From positions 5,632,001-5,696,000 of the forward strand of contig OY761556.1 of assembly GCA_963664705.1 (NCBI GenBank): a stretch of DNA of 64,000 bases. The letters are read 5' to 3'. Below are positions 21,168-31,116 of this stretch, in pieces. Both the position numbers and the translations under genes were made by a program. Source of the stretch: Acidobacteriota bacterium (lineage in GTDB: Bacteria > Acidobacteriota > UBA6911). Below the pieces are notes generated by a model that saw only the letters and a program-made list of their open reading frames with translations, had not been told where the DNA came from and ran no database searches. The number at the start of each line of letters is the position of its first letter. Positions within the stretch are counted from its first letter, which is position 1.

Positions 21168-21811
21168 TGATTGTTACCTCGTGGGATTACATCATCGAAA
21201 ATTTCCGGGCTGAGGACTGCCTGGCAGTAGTGATCAGAAATAGTGATTGGGTAATAGAGCAGGTTGTTACGGCTGAGCAGTTGGCTAGCCGAAGTTTTCA
21301 TGTATGGCTCCGCCATGAGAATGATCACGGCGGCAATATTTACATAAGCATGAACCCGCTAAAACCGGGCGCTCGTGGACGAACCAGGCAGGACGTTGCA
21401 GTTGTCCGGCATATCTGTCTTGATCTTGATCAGGGTGGGACCAGCACACTCCTTCGCATCCTTGCTGACACACAACTGCCGGCGCCTTCTTATGTGTTGA
21501 GGACCTCAATTGGCAGGTTTCAGGTTGTCTGGAGAGTTGAGGGTTTTGGAATTCCTGATGCCGAACATCTGCAAAGGGCTCTGTCTCTCAAACATGATAC
21601 GGATTGCGCAGCAACGGATGTGACCAGCTTGTTACGAATCCCTGGTTTCTACAACTGGAAATACACTCCGCCGCATCTGGTGTGTGCGGTGCGGGTATCC
21701 AATCCCATTTATTGCCCGTCGAATTTTTCAGTTGAGTCGCATCTTTATGTGGTTCCCAAACCCCAAATACCAGGTTCGAGAACCACTAAAGGAAGTGGCC
21801 GGCCAGTCTGA
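21167..21811 (+). CDS. RepB-type (RSF1010 RepB'-like) DNA primase domain protein
   Basis: NIYISMNPL, LDLD, PSYVLRTSIGRFQVVW, D...LRIPGFYNWKY. Confidence 0.8.
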   Translation: MIVTSWDYIIENFRAEDCLAVVIRNSDWVIEQVVTAEQLASRSFHVWLRHENDHGGNIYISMNPLKPGARGRTRQDVAVVRHICLDLDQGGTSTLLRILADTQLPAPSYVLRTSIGRFQVVWRVEGFGIPDAEHLQRALSLKHDTDCAATDVTSLLRIPGFYNWKYTPPHLVCAVRVSNPIYCPSNFSVESHLYVVPKPQIPGSRTTKGSGRPV

Positions 21812-21938
21812 AAGAGACTGAGCTGACACAGGGCGAGCCAGACTCCAGGTATTACCCGGCAGGCACGGTAGAAAGAACACGTCAGGAGCATGAAAACAGG
21901 AAGTTGAATGAGACCGATTTTACCCAATAGGAGGAGCT

Positions 21939-22754
21939 ATGGATAAAGAAGACAGAAAGTACTTCATCACAGGAAACACTTTTGCAGTCAAGGATCAGCT
22001 CAAGGATCTGGGATGCAAGTGGGACCTTGATTCGGCTCAGTGGTATCACCTGGATAAGGATATGGCGGATAAGGCTCAAGTCCTGGTTCCGCCGGGAATG
22101 GAGCGACACATCATCGGGCAGGCTCCCTATGAGATGAGAGAGCAACTGAAACAGCTCGGTGCCAAATGGGACCAGGAGGCGGGCCATTGGTTTCACATGG
22201 ACAAGGACATGGCACTGCGCGCCCAGCAGCTGATTGCGGATGCCGGCCCGCGCCATTACCTGTCGGGCAATGCGCACGATGTCAAAAGCCAACTGAAGGA
22301 TCTTGGCTGCCAATGGGATTCTGAGACAAAACAGTGGTTCCATATGGATAAGGAGATTGCTGTCAAAGCTCAGGCCGTAATCGAGCATGGGGCCGAGAAA
22401 CATTTTATTCAGGGCAATGGCTTTCCAGTTTCCGAACAACTCAAGGAGATGGATTGCCGATGGGATCCGGAAGCCAGGGTCTGGTATCACTTCGATAAAG
22501 ATGTGGCAACCAGGGCGCAGGCTTTAGTCAATAATGGTGCCGAAAGGCACTACATACCCGAAGTCCCTTACAACCTGAACGAGCGTCTTAAAGAGATGGG
22601 ATGCCGTTGGGATGCTGATGCCCGTTGCTGGTACCACACTGATCCCGAGGTCGGGAAAGAAGCCAACCGCCTGGCTCAGGAGACCAGGGAAGGGCTCCAG
22701 GGGCATGAATCGATCCAGCCCGCACTTACAGCTGAAGTAGAACACGGTATGTAA
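21939..22754 (+). CDS. Protein built from five tandem 49-aa DUF5710-like repeats
   Basis: Repeated QLKxxGCxWDxExxxWxHxDxxxAxxAQ unit. Confidence 0.75.
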   Translation: MDKEDRKYFITGNTFAVKDQLKDLGCKWDLDSAQWYHLDKDMADKAQVLVPPGMERHIIGQAPYEMREQLKQLGAKWDQEAGHWFHMDKDMALRAQQLIADAGPRHYLSGNAHDVKSQLKDLGCQWDSETKQWFHMDKEIAVKAQAVIEHGAEKHFIQGNGFPVSEQLKEMDCRWDPEARVWYHFDKDVATRAQALVNNGAERHYIPEVPYNLNERLKEMGCRWDADARCWYHTDPEVGKEANRLAQETREGLQGHESIQPALTAEVEHGM

Positions 22755-22756
22755 CG

Positions 22757-25468
22757 ATGTTTACCTGCGCAAAGATCCGGGAAGGCAGTACATACTTGGG
22801 CAAGCATCTGACGGCCAACGACTATTACTGCGAAAATGAGCATGTCGCTGGTGCCTGGATGGGTCAGGCCGCTGAGAAACTTGGGCTGGCCGGGAATGCT
22901 ATTAATAAGGATGATGAAGCCTTCGAGTCCATCCGGCGCAACCTCAAGCCGGACGGATCCGGCCGATTAACGCCGCGTACAGCCGAACAGGGAGTCCGTT
23001 TTTTTGATTTCCAGTGCTCTGCCCAGAAAAGTGTTTCAATTATGGCAGTCACGATGGACGACCGCCGGCTGTACGCGGCTCATGAGGCAGCCGCTTCCAA
23101 AGCCTTTGCAGAGCTTGAACGCTTTGCAGCATTCCGCGCCGGAGCATCACGGCAGGCTCAGATCACCGGGAACCTTTGTGCGGCAGCATTCAGGCATGAC
23201 GCTTCCCGTGCCCTGGATCCTCAGATCCACACCCATTTCGTAGTTGCCAATGCCACCTGGGATCCGGAGCGGAAACGCTGGGTGGCTTTGGATACCTGCG
23301 AAATGTTCAAAGCCATCCGCTACGCAGGTAAGGTGTATCAGAACGAGCTGGCACTCGAATGCCGGAAGCTGGGATACCAGATTGAAGCTGCCCGAAACGA
23401 AAAGGGCATTGTTGAGGGGTTTGAGATCAAGGGCGTTTCCAGGGAGATCCAGGAGAGATTCAGCAAAAGACGCGCGGAGGTTGAGGCCGGGATCGAGAGG
23501 TTTAAGAATGAGAAAGGCCGGGCGCCTACTGTTCGAGAGATTCATGTAATTACCCGGGAGACGCGGAATGTCAAACTGAGGGAAATTACCACTCCGCAGG
23601 TTCGCGAGCTTCAGCGCTCGCAGCTATCTCAGTCCGAGTTTGCAGCACTTGAAGAAATCCGGAACAGGGCAGGGGGAGAGACTGGAATTACTCCGATGCA
23701 ATCTGCCTGGAAAGTGCTGCTGCAGGCGCGAGACCATATCTTCGAACGGCAGTCGGTTGTGCGCGGTCACCAGCTCTTTGCCGAATCCCTTAACCGCCAG
23801 CTTGGTTTTTTAAACCTCGAAAGCCTTAAGCGATATGCAAAGAGTGCTTATAACGGCCTTGTCCGGTTAACCGAGCACGCACGCAATCCGCTTCTGTCCT
23901 GTCAATGGTCCTCCCTCCGAAGCCTGCACCTCGAACGCTGGGCTACCGAGTTCGTGAACCAGACGCAGGATACCTGTCTGGCACTGGGAAATACTCGAGG
24001 AGTGCCGTTTGATTTCAGGTCAGATGAGCAACGTGAAGCTATCCTTGAAACATTGCAAAACACAGATCGGGTATATGCCATACGAGGGTGCGCCGGTGCA
24101 GGGAAGACAACCTGCCTCACAGAAATCAACAAAGGGCTGAAGGCTGCAGGCAAAAGAGCGTTTTATCTGGCACCCACGGCATCGGCTGTTGAGGTGCTTC
24201 GTCGGGATGGATTTACCGATGCTAAAACGGTTGATGATTTTCTGGTCAATGTCCAAAAGACCGCAGATCTGCGTGGATCCGTAATCATCATTGATGAATC
24301 CAGCCTTCAATCCAGTGAAATGGGATCCCGATTACTCCGGGTTGCCCAGATTCACGATACGCGGGTTTTGTTCGTTGGGGATGTCCGTCAGCATGTTTCG
24401 GTTGAGGCGGGGGACTTTTTACGGGTATTGGAACAGCATTCCAGCCTGAATCGTTCCGAACTCAATGATATCCGGCGGCAGAAGACCCGGGAATATAACG
24501 CAGCCGTGCGCACCATGTCCCAGGGAGATGCTCCGGGAGGACTAAGACAACTGGATGCATTGGGTTGGGTGCACGAATCCAAAGGGGAGTATGTTCAGAA
24601 AGCCGCGGACGCTTACTTTGATGCGACAAATGGTGGCAAAGATCTGGCTCGATGTATTGCCATTTCACCGACATGGGAAGAAAACTATCGATTTACTGAT
24701 GCAATCAGAAATGAGCTCAAAAGCAGAAAGATTCTGGGCGACGGTTCCAGAATAGTTGTCCATGACCAGCTGGATTGGACGGAGGAGCAGAAAAGTAACG
24801 CTGCCAACTACCGGCCGGGAATGCTCATAACGTTTAATGCCCGGGTTCGTGCCATTGAACGTGGCCAGACAGTTGAAATCGATCGTATCAATTCGGGTGA
24901 ACTGTGGCTGAGGGGATTTGATCGATCGATCGACGTTCGAAAATTGGCAAAGAAGATAGCAGTTTCATTGCCGCGAACCATTGAGATTTGCTCCGGCGAC
25001 AAGATCCTTATCCGCTCCAATAATCGCAAGGCTGGTCTTGTTAACGGTCAGGTTCTTACCGTAAAGCACCTGAACAGGGATGGATCCATTGAAACGGAGG
25101 AAGGGAAGTGTATATCTCCCGGCTTCCGCCATTTCTGCCACGGGTATGTTGTAACAAGTCACAAATCCCAGGGCCGGACGCATGACGAGGTCGTCATTGC
25201 CGCCGAGAAACTCGATTCCAAATCTGCATACGTTGCCTGCTCCAGAGGTCGTCATGAAGTCCGGGTGTTCACGCCAGAAAAATCACATCTGTTTGAGCAG
25301 CTTGATCGCCCTTCGGACCGCGTTGCCGTCACCGACGTAATCGGATCATCTCGTAACGCCTTCTGGCGGCAGGATCAGGCCGCCTGGCGGCGAGCAACGA
25401 TGCGTCATTACCCTTCAGATATGGTTCCCAATCGACGACAAAACACTGGAATTGAGATTGGGCAATAA
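22757..25468 (+). CDS. MOBF (TrwC/TraI-type) relaxase-helicase
   Basis: Y...DYY, DFQCSAQKSVS, HDASRALDPQIHTH (HUH), RFSKRR, GCAGAGKT, HGYVVTSHKSQG. Confidence 0.93.
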   Translation: MFTCAKIREGSTYLGKHLTANDYYCENEHVAGAWMGQAAEKLGLAGNAINKDDEAFESIRRNLKPDGSGRLTPRTAEQGVRFFDFQCSAQKSVSIMAVTMDDRRLYAAHEAAASKAFAELERFAAFRAGASRQAQITGNLCAAAFRHDASRALDPQIHTHFVVANATWDPERKRWVALDTCEMFKAIRYAGKVYQNELALECRKLGYQIEAARNEKGIVEGFEIKGVSREIQERFSKRRAEVEAGIERFKNEKGRAPTVREIHVITRETRNVKLREITTPQVRELQRSQLSQSEFAALEEIRNRAGGETGITPMQSAWKVLLQARDHIFERQSVVRGHQLFAESLNRQLGFLNLESLKRYAKSAYNGLVRLTEHARNPLLSCQWSSLRSLHLERWATEFVNQTQDTCLALGNTRGVPFDFRSDEQREAILETLQNTDRVYAIRGCAGAGKTTCLTEINKGLKAAGKRAFYLAPTASAVEVLRRDGFTDAKTVDDFLVNVQKTADLRGSVIIIDESSLQSSEMGSRLLRVAQIHDTRVLFVGDVRQHVSVEAGDFLRVLEQHSSLNRSELNDIRRQKTREYNAAVRTMSQGDAPGGLRQLDALGWVHESKGEYVQKAADAYFDATNGGKDLARCIAISPTWEENYRFTDAIRNELKSRKILGDGSRIVVHDQLDWTEEQKSNAANYRPGMLITFNARVRAIERGQTVEIDRINSGELWLRGFDRSIDVRKLAKKIAVSLPRTIEICSGDKILIRSNNRKAGLVNGQVLTVKHLNRDGSIETEEGKCISPGFRHFCHGYVVTSHKSQGRTHDEVVIAAEKLDSKSAYVACSRGRHEVRVFTPEKSHLFEQLDRPSDRVAVTDVIGSSRNAFWRQDQAAWRRATMRHYPSDMVPNRRQNTGIEIGQ

Positions 25469-25477
25469 GGAGGCGCC

Positions 25478-25831
25478 ATGACTTTTCAATGCTACACGCC
25501 ACGTGCTTCACTTGGATCAACACCGGTTGGCGGATTGTTTATTTCAAGCGACGGCAACAGGTGCATCATACCGGATTACTGCCTGAACCAGGCTGAGCTT
25601 CTGAATGGATCCCGCCTGCTTCGTCTCAATTATTCCTCCTGCATAGTCGAGGTTGCAGGTCGAGGGCTTGGCCCGATTTTCGAGGATGTCTCCATAGGCA
25701 AACTTGGTGAGATTCAAACCGCTCCACGTGACATGGCGCCCGGTATTGAGCCTTGGGTATCGAGCATCGTTACATTACCCCTTCCCCAATCACTTTTTCC
25801 GGTATCCGGAGAGGAGCGCTTCGATGGCTAG
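25478..25831 (+). CDS. Hypothetical protein
   Basis: AAGGAGG RBS, operonic with the relaxase. Confidence 0.6.
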   Translation: MTFQCYTPRASLGSTPVGGLFISSDGNRCIIPDYCLNQAELLNGSRLLRLNYSSCIVEVAGRGLGPIFEDVSIGKLGEIQTAPRDMAPGIEPWVSSIVTLPLPQSLFPVSGEERFDG

Positions 25832-25928
25832 TCCTTGCCGGTTACCCACCAGGGGAGTGGTGGAAATTCTAGGATTGGTGCCTTCCAATCCTAGACGCAA
25901 TACCTCGAAGAATTTCTTCGAGCCATCG

Positions 25929-26060
25929 CGAAGAGGAAATATAGTGGAAATGCGTTTCCGCCTCATTTCCTCTTCGTTTCCACTTAATTTCCACTTCCCC
26001 CGGCTTATGCCGGCCAAGTGGAAATTTAGCGGAAATATATTTCCACTCGCGTTTCCACTT
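25929..26060. repeat. Dense cluster of GTGGAAA/TTTCCAC direct and inverted repeats
   Basis: CGAAGAGGAAAT/ATTTCCTCTTCG IR, tandem TTTCCACTT x2, AAGTGGAAA/TTTCCACTT IR. Confidence 0.8.
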
Positions 26061-26061
26061 C

Positions 26062-26484
26062 ATGAATGCAGATAACCATCAAAATCAAAGGCTTACAATG
26101 CCCGGGAAACCACATCAATCAGTTCTGATTCCCTATGAAAATGAGATTGTGAGCCTGAGACGGCGCAGGCCTCCGGTTTCCTATTCAAAAATCGCTGACC
26201 TTCTGCAGCAAAAGTACAACCTGGCTATTCAGGCGCCAGCCATATTCAAATTCGTGAAAACCAGGTCTCGTGGCCGCAGAATTTATTATTACGAGAAAAA
26301 TTTAGTCACAGAGAATGCTTCGCCGGCAGTGTCGATACCGATACCGCAGCCTGCAAATAACAAAACCAGTTCACAAGACAAGCCTGTATTCGATTTTCCA
26401 TATAGCGAGCGCTACAACCTACACCGCCTGCCGCCGGAGGAAGCTGCGGCGCGACGGAAAAAACTCGAAGAGGAGGGGCACTAA
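26062..26484 (+). CDS. Small HTH-like DNA-binding protein
   Basis: YENEIVSLR...SYSKIADLLQQKYNLAIQAPAIFKFV; start may instead be ATG 26098. Confidence 0.6.
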   Translation: MNADNHQNQRLTMPGKPHQSVLIPYENEIVSLRRRRPPVSYSKIADLLQQKYNLAIQAPAIFKFVKTRSRGRRIYYYEKNLVTENASPAVSIPIPQPANNKTSSQDKPVFDFPYSERYNLHRLPPEEAAARRKKLEEEGH

Positions 26485-27227
26485 TGACTTCAATTCTATT
26501 CACAGCAGGTGCCAAAGGTGGAACGGGCAAATCCACAGCTGTCCGATTTCTGATCACATTCCTCAGGGATAACGGCATCAATCCGGTGCTGATGGATTTT
26601 GATGACGAGAACAGGACACTCTCTCGATTCTTTCCCGAGGCGCTAAAAGTTGAAATCAAGAAGAGATCGTCCCATGACGTCCTCATAGAGCGGGCTATTG
26701 AAGGCAACCAGGTCATGGTTGCGGATTTAAAGGCGGGGACTGGAAGGGAAGTGCTGGATTGGTGGCTTGATGTGCCATTTGATGAGCTCCGAGCGTTACA
26801 GGTTTCCATGGTATGCCTTGCTTCAATCACCAGTTCCCCCGACAGCGTCCAGTCATTCTTCAATTGGGTCTCTGCCCTTCAAAGTCAGGTTCGATATGTA
26901 ATCTTCAAGAACCATAAAGATGGAGAGTATCTGCCCGACTACGATTCAAGCGGTGAAGCGTTGGCCTTTAGGGAACGGTTCAAGCCATACCAGGTTATCG
27001 TGCCCCGGCTGGACGAGGAGTATATGACCGAACTGGAGCGACTGGATTTGACCATTGCGGAAGTGCTCAATTCTTCCAAGGGCAAATCGGATCGCGGAAA
27101 GGACATTGGCCCCATTCTCTGTCAACTGATGGTAAGGGCGCGTCTTCGCCGCTTCCAGCAGAACCTCTACGATCAGCTGGGTCCCATTCTTGATTTGCTC
27201 AAAATGTCAAAGCCTTCAAATCCGTAG
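26484..27227 (+). CDS. ParA/MinD-like P-loop ATPase (StbB/MobD-like)
   Basis: Deviant Walker A AKGGTGKST, DFDDEN. Confidence 0.8.
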   Translation: MTSILFTAGAKGGTGKSTAVRFLITFLRDNGINPVLMDFDDENRTLSRFFPEALKVEIKKRSSHDVLIERAIEGNQVMVADLKAGTGREVLDWWLDVPFDELRALQVSMVCLASITSSPDSVQSFFNWVSALQSQVRYVIFKNHKDGEYLPDYDSSGEALAFRERFKPYQVIVPRLDEEYMTELERLDLTIAEVLNSSKGKSDRGKDIGPILCQLMVRARLRRFQQNLYDQLGPILDLLKMSKPSNP

Positions 27228-27235
27228 GTGGCTGC

Positions 27236-28069
27236 ATGCCCGAGGAACAGAAGGAATCTCAATTTAAAGCGCTAGCCTCCGGCCTATCGGAGCAGCAGCA
27301 GACTGAGTTCTTTAAGACTCTGCACGAAGCGGGGATAAGCTCGAAGGATGTGGAGCTTGCCAAGCTGTTGCGCGCCCTTCAGCTTTACAAGGCTTACTAC
27401 GAAACCATCCCTGCGGCTGTCCAGAATATTGCCGCTGAAATCGACCGGTTGAAAAAGGACGCAGCGGAGTGCAGCCGGGATGCACGCCTGAGCGCAGAAA
27501 ACAGCGCTCAGCTTACCGGCCGGCTCCTCCAGGAAACCGATCGAATCCGCAAGGATTTGGGACAAGTCCATGAACAGATGGAAAAGGGCGTCAACCAGTG
27601 GTCTGCAAGCCTGGCAACCCAGACTTCTGAATTACTAAAGCTGGAAATAGAGAAGACACTTGTCCCGCCGCTTAAGGAATTGACTGGAGCGAATGAAGCA
27701 TTCGGCAAGGCATTGGTTCAAAGCCGGCAGGCGGTTGGCCTGCTGCGGGAAAACGTAGCGGTAATTCGCCGGGTTTATTTATGGATGTATGGGCTATGTG
27801 GAATCGTCGTCGTTCTTGCATTGGCCTTAAGCTCCTGGCTTTATTTGCACTACTGGTACCGGGAACAATTGGAGCAGGAGCGAGCTGCCTGTATCGGTCA
27901 GGTTGACAGGAACCGGGCGGTACTGCTCGAGCTTGCCAGATTCCATAGAACTCTTGATCTGATTAAAGATTCGAACAATCCAAAGCGGAAGCTTGTTGTC
28001 ATGAAAGATGCCTCAGGGTGGCAGGCGCCTGGGAACCTGGGAGTGATCGAATTCAGCGGAGGCAACTAA
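27236..28069 (+). CDS. Coiled-coil membrane-anchored mobilisation accessory protein
   Basis: Long coiled coil plus one TM; stop overlaps the T4CP start. Confidence 0.65.
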   Translation: MPEEQKESQFKALASGLSEQQQTEFFKTLHEAGISSKDVELAKLLRALQLYKAYYETIPAAVQNIAAEIDRLKKDAAECSRDARLSAENSAQLTGRLLQETDRIRKDLGQVHEQMEKGVNQWSASLATQTSELLKLEIEKTLVPPLKELTGANEAFGKALVQSRQAVGLLRENVAVIRRVYLWMYGLCGIVVVLALALSSWLYLHYWYREQLEQERAACIGQVDRNRAVLLELARFHRTLDLIKDSNNPKRKLVVMKDASGWQAPGNLGVIEFSGGN

Positions 28070-29946
28070 TGGCGCGGGCCTATGTAGCGCATGACAGGGT
28101 TGTTACCACAGCCAGGATGTATATCCAGATGGGCGTCATCGGGTTTTTGCTGTCGGCCATCGTTTATGTGGGGGCAATGAGCGCGGTTATTGCGCACCAT
28201 GTTTCCGCTCCGATACCAGAATTGAAAGACATTGATGGAATTCCCAGACTGGTTGCTGCCCCTGAAAACCTGCGCCTCCCATTCTGTTGCTTAGTAAAAT
28301 ACTTTATTTCCCTGAATCCCAAAAACTACCTGACTCCGCAGCTCAGTTTCAGTCGAGTAACCAGGTTGGAGAAGTGGGAAACCGTGGAACCGGAATTGCG
28401 AACATTCCTTAGTGCGACTGAAGTGCCAAGAGAAGCCTATCGGAAGGCAGTCTTTTGGATTACCGAGGGCAGGGTTGAACAACTTCGCTGGATTTTCCCT
28501 TCAAGCCTGCTTTTCTTTCCTGTGTTTGGTGTTTTCTATTTTCTCACTTTCAGCTGGGTAAACAGACGCACGGAAAAGACCCGGTTTGTCCGGGGCGCGG
28601 ACTTGATGCCGTTTGAAAAAATGAAGGCGGAGTTGAGCCAGGCTATAGCGAAGGAGAATGGACCGGATCCATCGTTTGTGCCACTTTGCCTGGGTGCGGC
28701 TGAGTTGCCCGATTCCGTTTCACGCCGGCACATTTTGATTCTGGGGACATCGGGGACGGGAAAATCCGTCTGCCTGAATAATTATCTGGCTTCCGTAAAG
28801 GCCCGACGTCAGTCGGAGAAGCAGGTCAGCAAATGCGTTATCTATGATGTTAAAGGCGAGTTCTGCGGCAAGCACTGTGAAGATGATGACATCATCTTTT
28901 ATCCATTCGATAACAGATCTGTCCCCTGGAGCTTTTTTAATGAGGTTATCGATTATCCCGACCTGGATGTTTTATGTACGTCGCTTTATGAACCGCCGAA
29001 GGACTCAAAGGATGCCTATTGGTATAACGCCGCCCGCGATGTATTTCGAACGGGGTTGTTTTATTTGTACAGGGAAGGACGTAAAACGAACCGGGCTATC
29101 TGGGAATTCTTCTCCCAGCCCTTACAGCAAATCCGGAATGCTCTCTATACACTGCCAGTCCGGGAACTGGGTGCCCTGAAGCATATCGATAAGGCAGATT
29201 CAAACCAGGCGGCCTCAATCATTTCAATCCTTCAGGAACGGCTGACATTCTTTCGATATCTCACAGACCATGATGGCCCCTTTTCATTTCGCAAATTTAT
29301 CCAGGATAAAGAAGAGAAACGAAATCTGTTTCTGATGAATATCCGGCAATACGATGCTATCTTCCGGCCGCTGATGACCTTCATCATCGACATCATGATC
29401 AGGGAGGTCCTTTCGCTGACCGATAGCTTTGACCGCCGCATCACTTTTGTTGTTGATGAATTTGGGTCGCTGTCAAAGATGCCCTGCATTTTTGATTTTT
29501 TGACAATGGGCAGATCAAAGGGAGGATTTCTGGTTTTGGCCAATCAGGACCTCGGTTCTGTATCCAATGTATATGGGTCCGATCAGAAAGAAACCTTCTT
29601 CAATAACTTCAACGTGCACATGGTTTTTCGGCTGAACGATCCTACGACAGCCGATTTTCTTTCGAAGGCATTTGGAGAGCGGGAAGTAATCAAAAAGTTC
29701 CAAAGCAGCCAGTTCAGCCCAAGCGATTATGGGGATCGCTTCAGCATGAGTGAACAGGAGAAACTTGAGAAGATCATCCTTGCAACGGAGTTTCAAAGCC
29801 TCCCGGATTTCCAGGCCTATTTGAAAATTGCCAATTACGGGCTTACCAAGATGAAAACTCCGCGAAAATTCCTGCCTTCGCCCAACAAGGATTTTGAACC
29901 TCGCAATTTCGGACTGAAGGACATGTTTCCGGAAAAGTCTGCTTAG
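28069..29946 (+). CDS. Type IV coupling protein (TrwB/TraD family)
   Basis: Two N-terminal TMs, VRGA, GTSGTGKS, YDVKGEF, VDEFGSL, GRSKGG. Confidence 0.92.
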   Translation: MARAYVAHDRVVTTARMYIQMGVIGFLLSAIVYVGAMSAVIAHHVSAPIPELKDIDGIPRLVAAPENLRLPFCCLVKYFISLNPKNYLTPQLSFSRVTRLEKWETVEPELRTFLSATEVPREAYRKAVFWITEGRVEQLRWIFPSSLLFFPVFGVFYFLTFSWVNRRTEKTRFVRGADLMPFEKMKAELSQAIAKENGPDPSFVPLCLGAAELPDSVSRRHILILGTSGTGKSVCLNNYLASVKARRQSEKQVSKCVIYDVKGEFCGKHCEDDDIIFYPFDNRSVPWSFFNEVIDYPDLDVLCTSLYEPPKDSKDAYWYNAARDVFRTGLFYLYREGRKTNRAIWEFFSQPLQQIRNALYTLPVRELGALKHIDKADSNQAASIISILQERLTFFRYLTDHDGPFSFRKFIQDKEEKRNLFLMNIRQYDAIFRPLMTFIIDIMIREVLSLTDSFDRRITFVVDEFGSLSKMPCIFDFLTMGRSKGGFLVLANQDLGSVSNVYGSDQKETFFNNFNVHMVFRLNDPTTADFLSKAFGEREVIKKFQSSQFSPSDYGDRFSMSEQEKLEKIILATEFQSLPDFQAYLKIANYGLTKMKTPRKFLPSPNKDFEPRNFGLKDMFPEKSA

Positions 29947-29958
29947 GGAGATCCACAA

Positions 29959-30084
29959 ATGGACAAGGAAAATATCGAAGGTAGTGCCAGGATTCTTGAT
30001 GAATTCGGGGGTGAGTGCCTCGATGGATCTGGATTTGAACATGAGATTCCCGAACCGGAGTCAGAATGGAGGAGCCCGAGATGA
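29959..30084 (+). CDS. 41-aa acidic ORF translationally coupled to ardC
   Basis: GGGAGA RBS; MDKENIEGSARILDEFGGECLDGSGFEHEIPEPESEWRSPR; ATGA overlap at 30081. Confidence 0.45.
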   Translation: MDKENIEGSARILDEFGGECLDGSGFEHEIPEPESEWRSPR

Positions 30085-31076
30085 AAAGGGACCTTCGGCA
30101 GGAAATTACTGATGACATTATTGCCGCTCTGGAAAAGGGCGTCGCACCCTGGCAGAAGCCCTGGCAAGCAGGTGCTTTTGAAATGCCGCTGAATCCTACT
30201 TCAGGGAAACCATACCGAGGAGGCAACGCAATCCATCTTATGCTGACCTCAGTGCGAAAGGGTTTTGAGGACCCGAGGTGGATTACCTATCGGCAGGCAC
30301 ATGAGAATGAATGGCAGGTTCGGAAGGGCGAAAAGGGAACACAAATAGAATTCTGGCAATTCCCCAAAACTGCTGATGACCGCCGTGAGTTTCGAGGTGA
30401 TTCAGATCGAGAACGGTTCATATATCGGGTGTATACGGTTTTTAATGCGAGCCAGATTGAGGGTATGCCTGCCCACGAACCCCGGATACGTCAAGAATGG
30501 CAGGTTATGCAGGATGCAGAAACTATCCTCCGGAATAGCGGAGCGCGAATCTATTACGATCAGCCGGACCAGGCTTTCTATAGTCGATCGAGCGACAGCA
30601 TCCATCTTCCTGTTCGTGTTGCCTTCAAAAGCGCCGGCGATTTTTACGGCACGGCACTGCATGAGCTTGGGCATTGGACCGGGCACCCGATAAGGCTGAA
30701 CAGAGAAACCTTGAACGAAAGCTATCGATTTGGAGATTTGGCGTATGCCAAGGAAGAACTCCGGGCAGAGCTGACCAGTGTTTTTCTGATGGCCGAACGA
30801 GGAATTCCCCACAATCCGGATAGCCACGCGGCTTATCTTGGTTCCTGGCTTAAGGCTTTGCGGGAAGATAAGAACGAGATTTTCCGAGCTGCCCGTGATG
30901 CTCACAGGGCTGCTGATCTTTTGATTGCCCTCGAGCTCCATAAATCGCTGGATCAGGCATTGGCAAATATTATCGGGGTTCCAGAAGCTATGAATACAAT
31001 TCCGGACTGCCCGGATGGCAGGTCGGTATCCCCAATAACTACCCAGCATGGCCACAATATCGAAATAGAATTGTAG
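30081..31076 (+). CDS. ardC: ArdC-family ssDNA-binding antirestriction protein (DUF1738 plus zincin-like domain)
   Basis: PWQKPW, YRGGN, RWITYRQA, VRKGEKG, VFNASQ, HELGHWTG, EELRAE. Confidence 0.93.
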   Translation: MKRDLRQEITDDIIAALEKGVAPWQKPWQAGAFEMPLNPTSGKPYRGGNAIHLMLTSVRKGFEDPRWITYRQAHENEWQVRKGEKGTQIEFWQFPKTADDRREFRGDSDRERFIYRVYTVFNASQIEGMPAHEPRIRQEWQVMQDAETILRNSGARIYYDQPDQAFYSRSSDSIHLPVRVAFKSAGDFYGTALHELGHWTGHPIRLNRETLNESYRFGDLAYAKEELRAELTSVFLMAERGIPHNPDSHAAYLGSWLKALREDKNEIFRAARDAHRAADLLIALELHKSLDQALANIIGVPEAMNTIPDCPDGRSVSPITTQHGHNIEIEL

Positions 31077-31116
31077 CTGAGAGAAATCACAGCGCTGACA
31101 GCACAGGATAGTGTGC

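Noticed and set aside
21939-22754. CRISPR-like array
   Set aside because: The 147-bp periodicity is a coding protein repeat with no constant repeat/unique spacer structure; no cas genes
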